Source: Akkermansiaceae bacterium (GTDB lineage: Bacteria; Verrucomicrobiota; Verrucomicrobiia; Verrucomicrobiales; Akkermansiaceae). From it: a stretch of DNA of 16,000 nucleotides. The notes beneath the pieces are model-generated. The model had not been told where the DNA came from and searched no databases. It saw only the letters and a list, made by a program, of their open reading frames with translations. Position 1 is the stretch's first letter. Each line of letters starts with the position of its first letter. This document shows positions 14,820 to 16,000 of the stretch, one piece after another. The position numbers were made by a program, and so were the translations under genes. The stretch spans positions 6,799 through 22,798 of the forward strand of contig JAPKDA010000034.1 of the NCBI GenBank assembly GCA_028822695.1. Reading direction: 5' to 3'.

Positions 14820-15707
14820 TTAGGGGACGATTTTGTTGAGGGGAAATTCGATGATGCCTTCGGCGCCGAGGCTTTTCAAGTCGGGGATGAGGTGACGGGC
14901 AGCGGTTTCGTCGATGATAGTTTCGACGGCAACCCAGCCATCTTCGGCAAGGGGGCTGACGGTGGGCCGTCGGAGGGAAGGTAGGCGCTTCAGCACCTCG
15001 GGCAAGGCCTTTTCGGGGAGGTTGAGCTTGAGCCCGACTTTGTCCCGCGCGAGGAGGGCTCCCTCGATCATCATGACAATCCGCTCCATCTTGGCTTTCT
15101 TCCACTCATCGGCGTAGGCCTTTTTGGAGGCGTAGAAGTGAGGGAAGGAGCTGAGGAGCTCGTCGACGATGCGTAGTTTGTTGGCGCGGAGGGAGGAGCC
15201 GGTCTCGGTGACATCGACGATGGCGTCGACGAGGTCGGGGACCTTCACTTCGGTGGCGCCCCAGGAAAATTCCACATCGGCGGTGACGCCTTTCTCGGCG
15301 AGGTAGCGATTGGTGATGCCGACTCCTTCGGTGGCGATGCGTTTGCCTTGGAGGTCGTGGACGGTCTTGAAGGGAGAGTCTTCGGGGACGACGAGGACCC
15401 AGCGGGTGGGGTTTGAGGAGGCGCGGGAGTAGGGAAGCTCGGCGAGGTCGATGAGGTCGGCGCCATTTTCGTAAACCCAGTCGTAACCGGTGATGCCGCA
15501 GTCGAGGAAGCCGTCGTCGATGTATTGTCCGATCTCCTGAGCGCGAATCATGTAGATATCGAGCTCGCTGTCGTTGGAGGTCGGGCGCAATCCGCGGTTG
15601 GACGTGTAGACGTTGTAGCCGGCCTTCTCGAGGAGCTTGAGGGTCGGGTCCTGGAGGCTTCCTTTGGGGAGAGCGATCCGGAGAGAGTTGTTTGAGGAAT
15701 CGGCCAT
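14820..15707 (-). CDS. hisG: ATP phosphoribosyltransferase, long form with C-terminal regulatory domain
   Basis: 295 aa. LRIALPKGSLQDPTLKLLEKAGY, DVTETGSSLRANKL and a C-terminal HisG_C-like region (VAVETIIDE...GAEGIIEFPLNKIV) are present. Confidence 0.92.
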   Translation of the reverse strand: MADSSNNSLRIALPKGSLQDPTLKLLEKAGYNVYTSNRGLRPTSNDSELDIYMIRAQEIGQYIDDGFLDCGITGYDWVYENGADLIDLAELPYSRASSNPTRWVLVVPEDSPFKTVHDLQGKRIATEGVGITNRYLAEKGVTADVEFSWGATEVKVPDLVDAIVDVTETGSSLRANKLRIVDELLSSFPHFYASKKAYADEWKKAKMERIVMMIEGALLARDKVGLKLNLPEKALPEVLKRLPSLRRPTVSPLAEDGWVAVETIIDETAARHLIPDLKSLGAEGIIEFPLNKIVP

Positions 15708-15774
15708 GAGGGCGGTTGCGGGGGGCGGGTTTTAGCGGGGAATGGGAGGGAATCAATGCGAATCTGGGTGATTT

Positions 15775-16000
15775 CTAGGAGTTTTGGAGGAGACCGGGAG
15801 GGTTGGAACCACGAATGGGCCTGAATTGAGGAGAATGGGGAGAGTTTCCGAAACCTGGACAGGTAGGGGCGGTATCCGGCGAGGGGGGCGCGGTCATGGT
15901 GAGGATGATGAGGGCCCAAACCGTTGCTACGGGGTAGATGATGAGGGCGAAGGCGCAGGGGACCAGGACGGTGGCTCCGAAGGCGACGTATTTGCGCTGC
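15775..16000 (-). CDS. 3' end of a membrane protein gene running off the window (partial)
   Basis: The open frame from the window edge reads QRKYVAFGATVLVPCAFALIIYPVATVWALIILTM... with C-ending codons like neighbouring minus-strand genes, and a TAG at 15777-15775. The last ~25 codons are Pro/Ser-rich and contain a copy of the hairpin core at 15801-15810, so the true stop is uncertain. Confidence 0.4.
   Translation of the reverse strand, partial: QRKYVAFGATVLVPCAFALIIYPVATVWALIILTMTAPPSPDTAPTCPGFGNSPHSPQFRPIRGSNPPGLLQNS

Overview
This is a high-GC bacterial chromosomal segment, about 59% G+C in hand-sampled lines. Remnants of PSCyt1 and DUF1501 domains, a prepilin-type N-terminal remnant, starts without Shine-Dalgarno (SD) sequences and a bS22-like mini-protein suggest the PVC superphylum, probably Verrucomicrobiota. 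That taxonomy is inference only.

Gene content is mostly housekeeping. On the plus strand: a two-gene sugar ABC importer module (ATPase and permease) and a secreted cytochrome b562-like four-helix protein. On the minus strand: a GYF_2/DUF4328 membrane protein, korB-korA (2-oxoacid:ferredoxin oxidoreductase), mutS, an L,D-transpeptidase lipoprotein, an Fpg/Nei glycosylase, a secreted TPR protein, a 34-aa bS22-like basic protein that is absent from the ORF track, hisG, and a partial membrane ORF at the right edge.

I found no tRNA, rRNA, CRISPR array, transposase, integrase or phage genes. I do not see a discrete multi-gene novel system such as defense, secretion or biosynthesis, and it would be dishonest to claim one.

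Five things are unusual:
1. The strand compositional asymmetry is very strong and independent of transcription direction. The plus strand has G about twice C, and plus- and minus-strand genes use complementary codon sets.
2. A conserved hairpin element (core GGTTCCAACC in mRNA sense) sits 1-3 nt after the TAA stops of korB, mutS and the L,D-transpeptidase gene, with compensatory base changes. There are two further core copies.
3. Four collinear gene fragments at 2509-3325 look like footprints of large deletions. One of them leaves an intact in-frame signal peptide plus CxxCH mini-ORF.
4. The bS22-like small gene is unannotated.
5. Several repeat-bearing or structured intergenic regions lie at 7107-7664, 10254-10450, 10947-11124, 12715-12947 and 14355-14540.

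The many 100-470 aa antisense ORFs in the track are composition artefacts.
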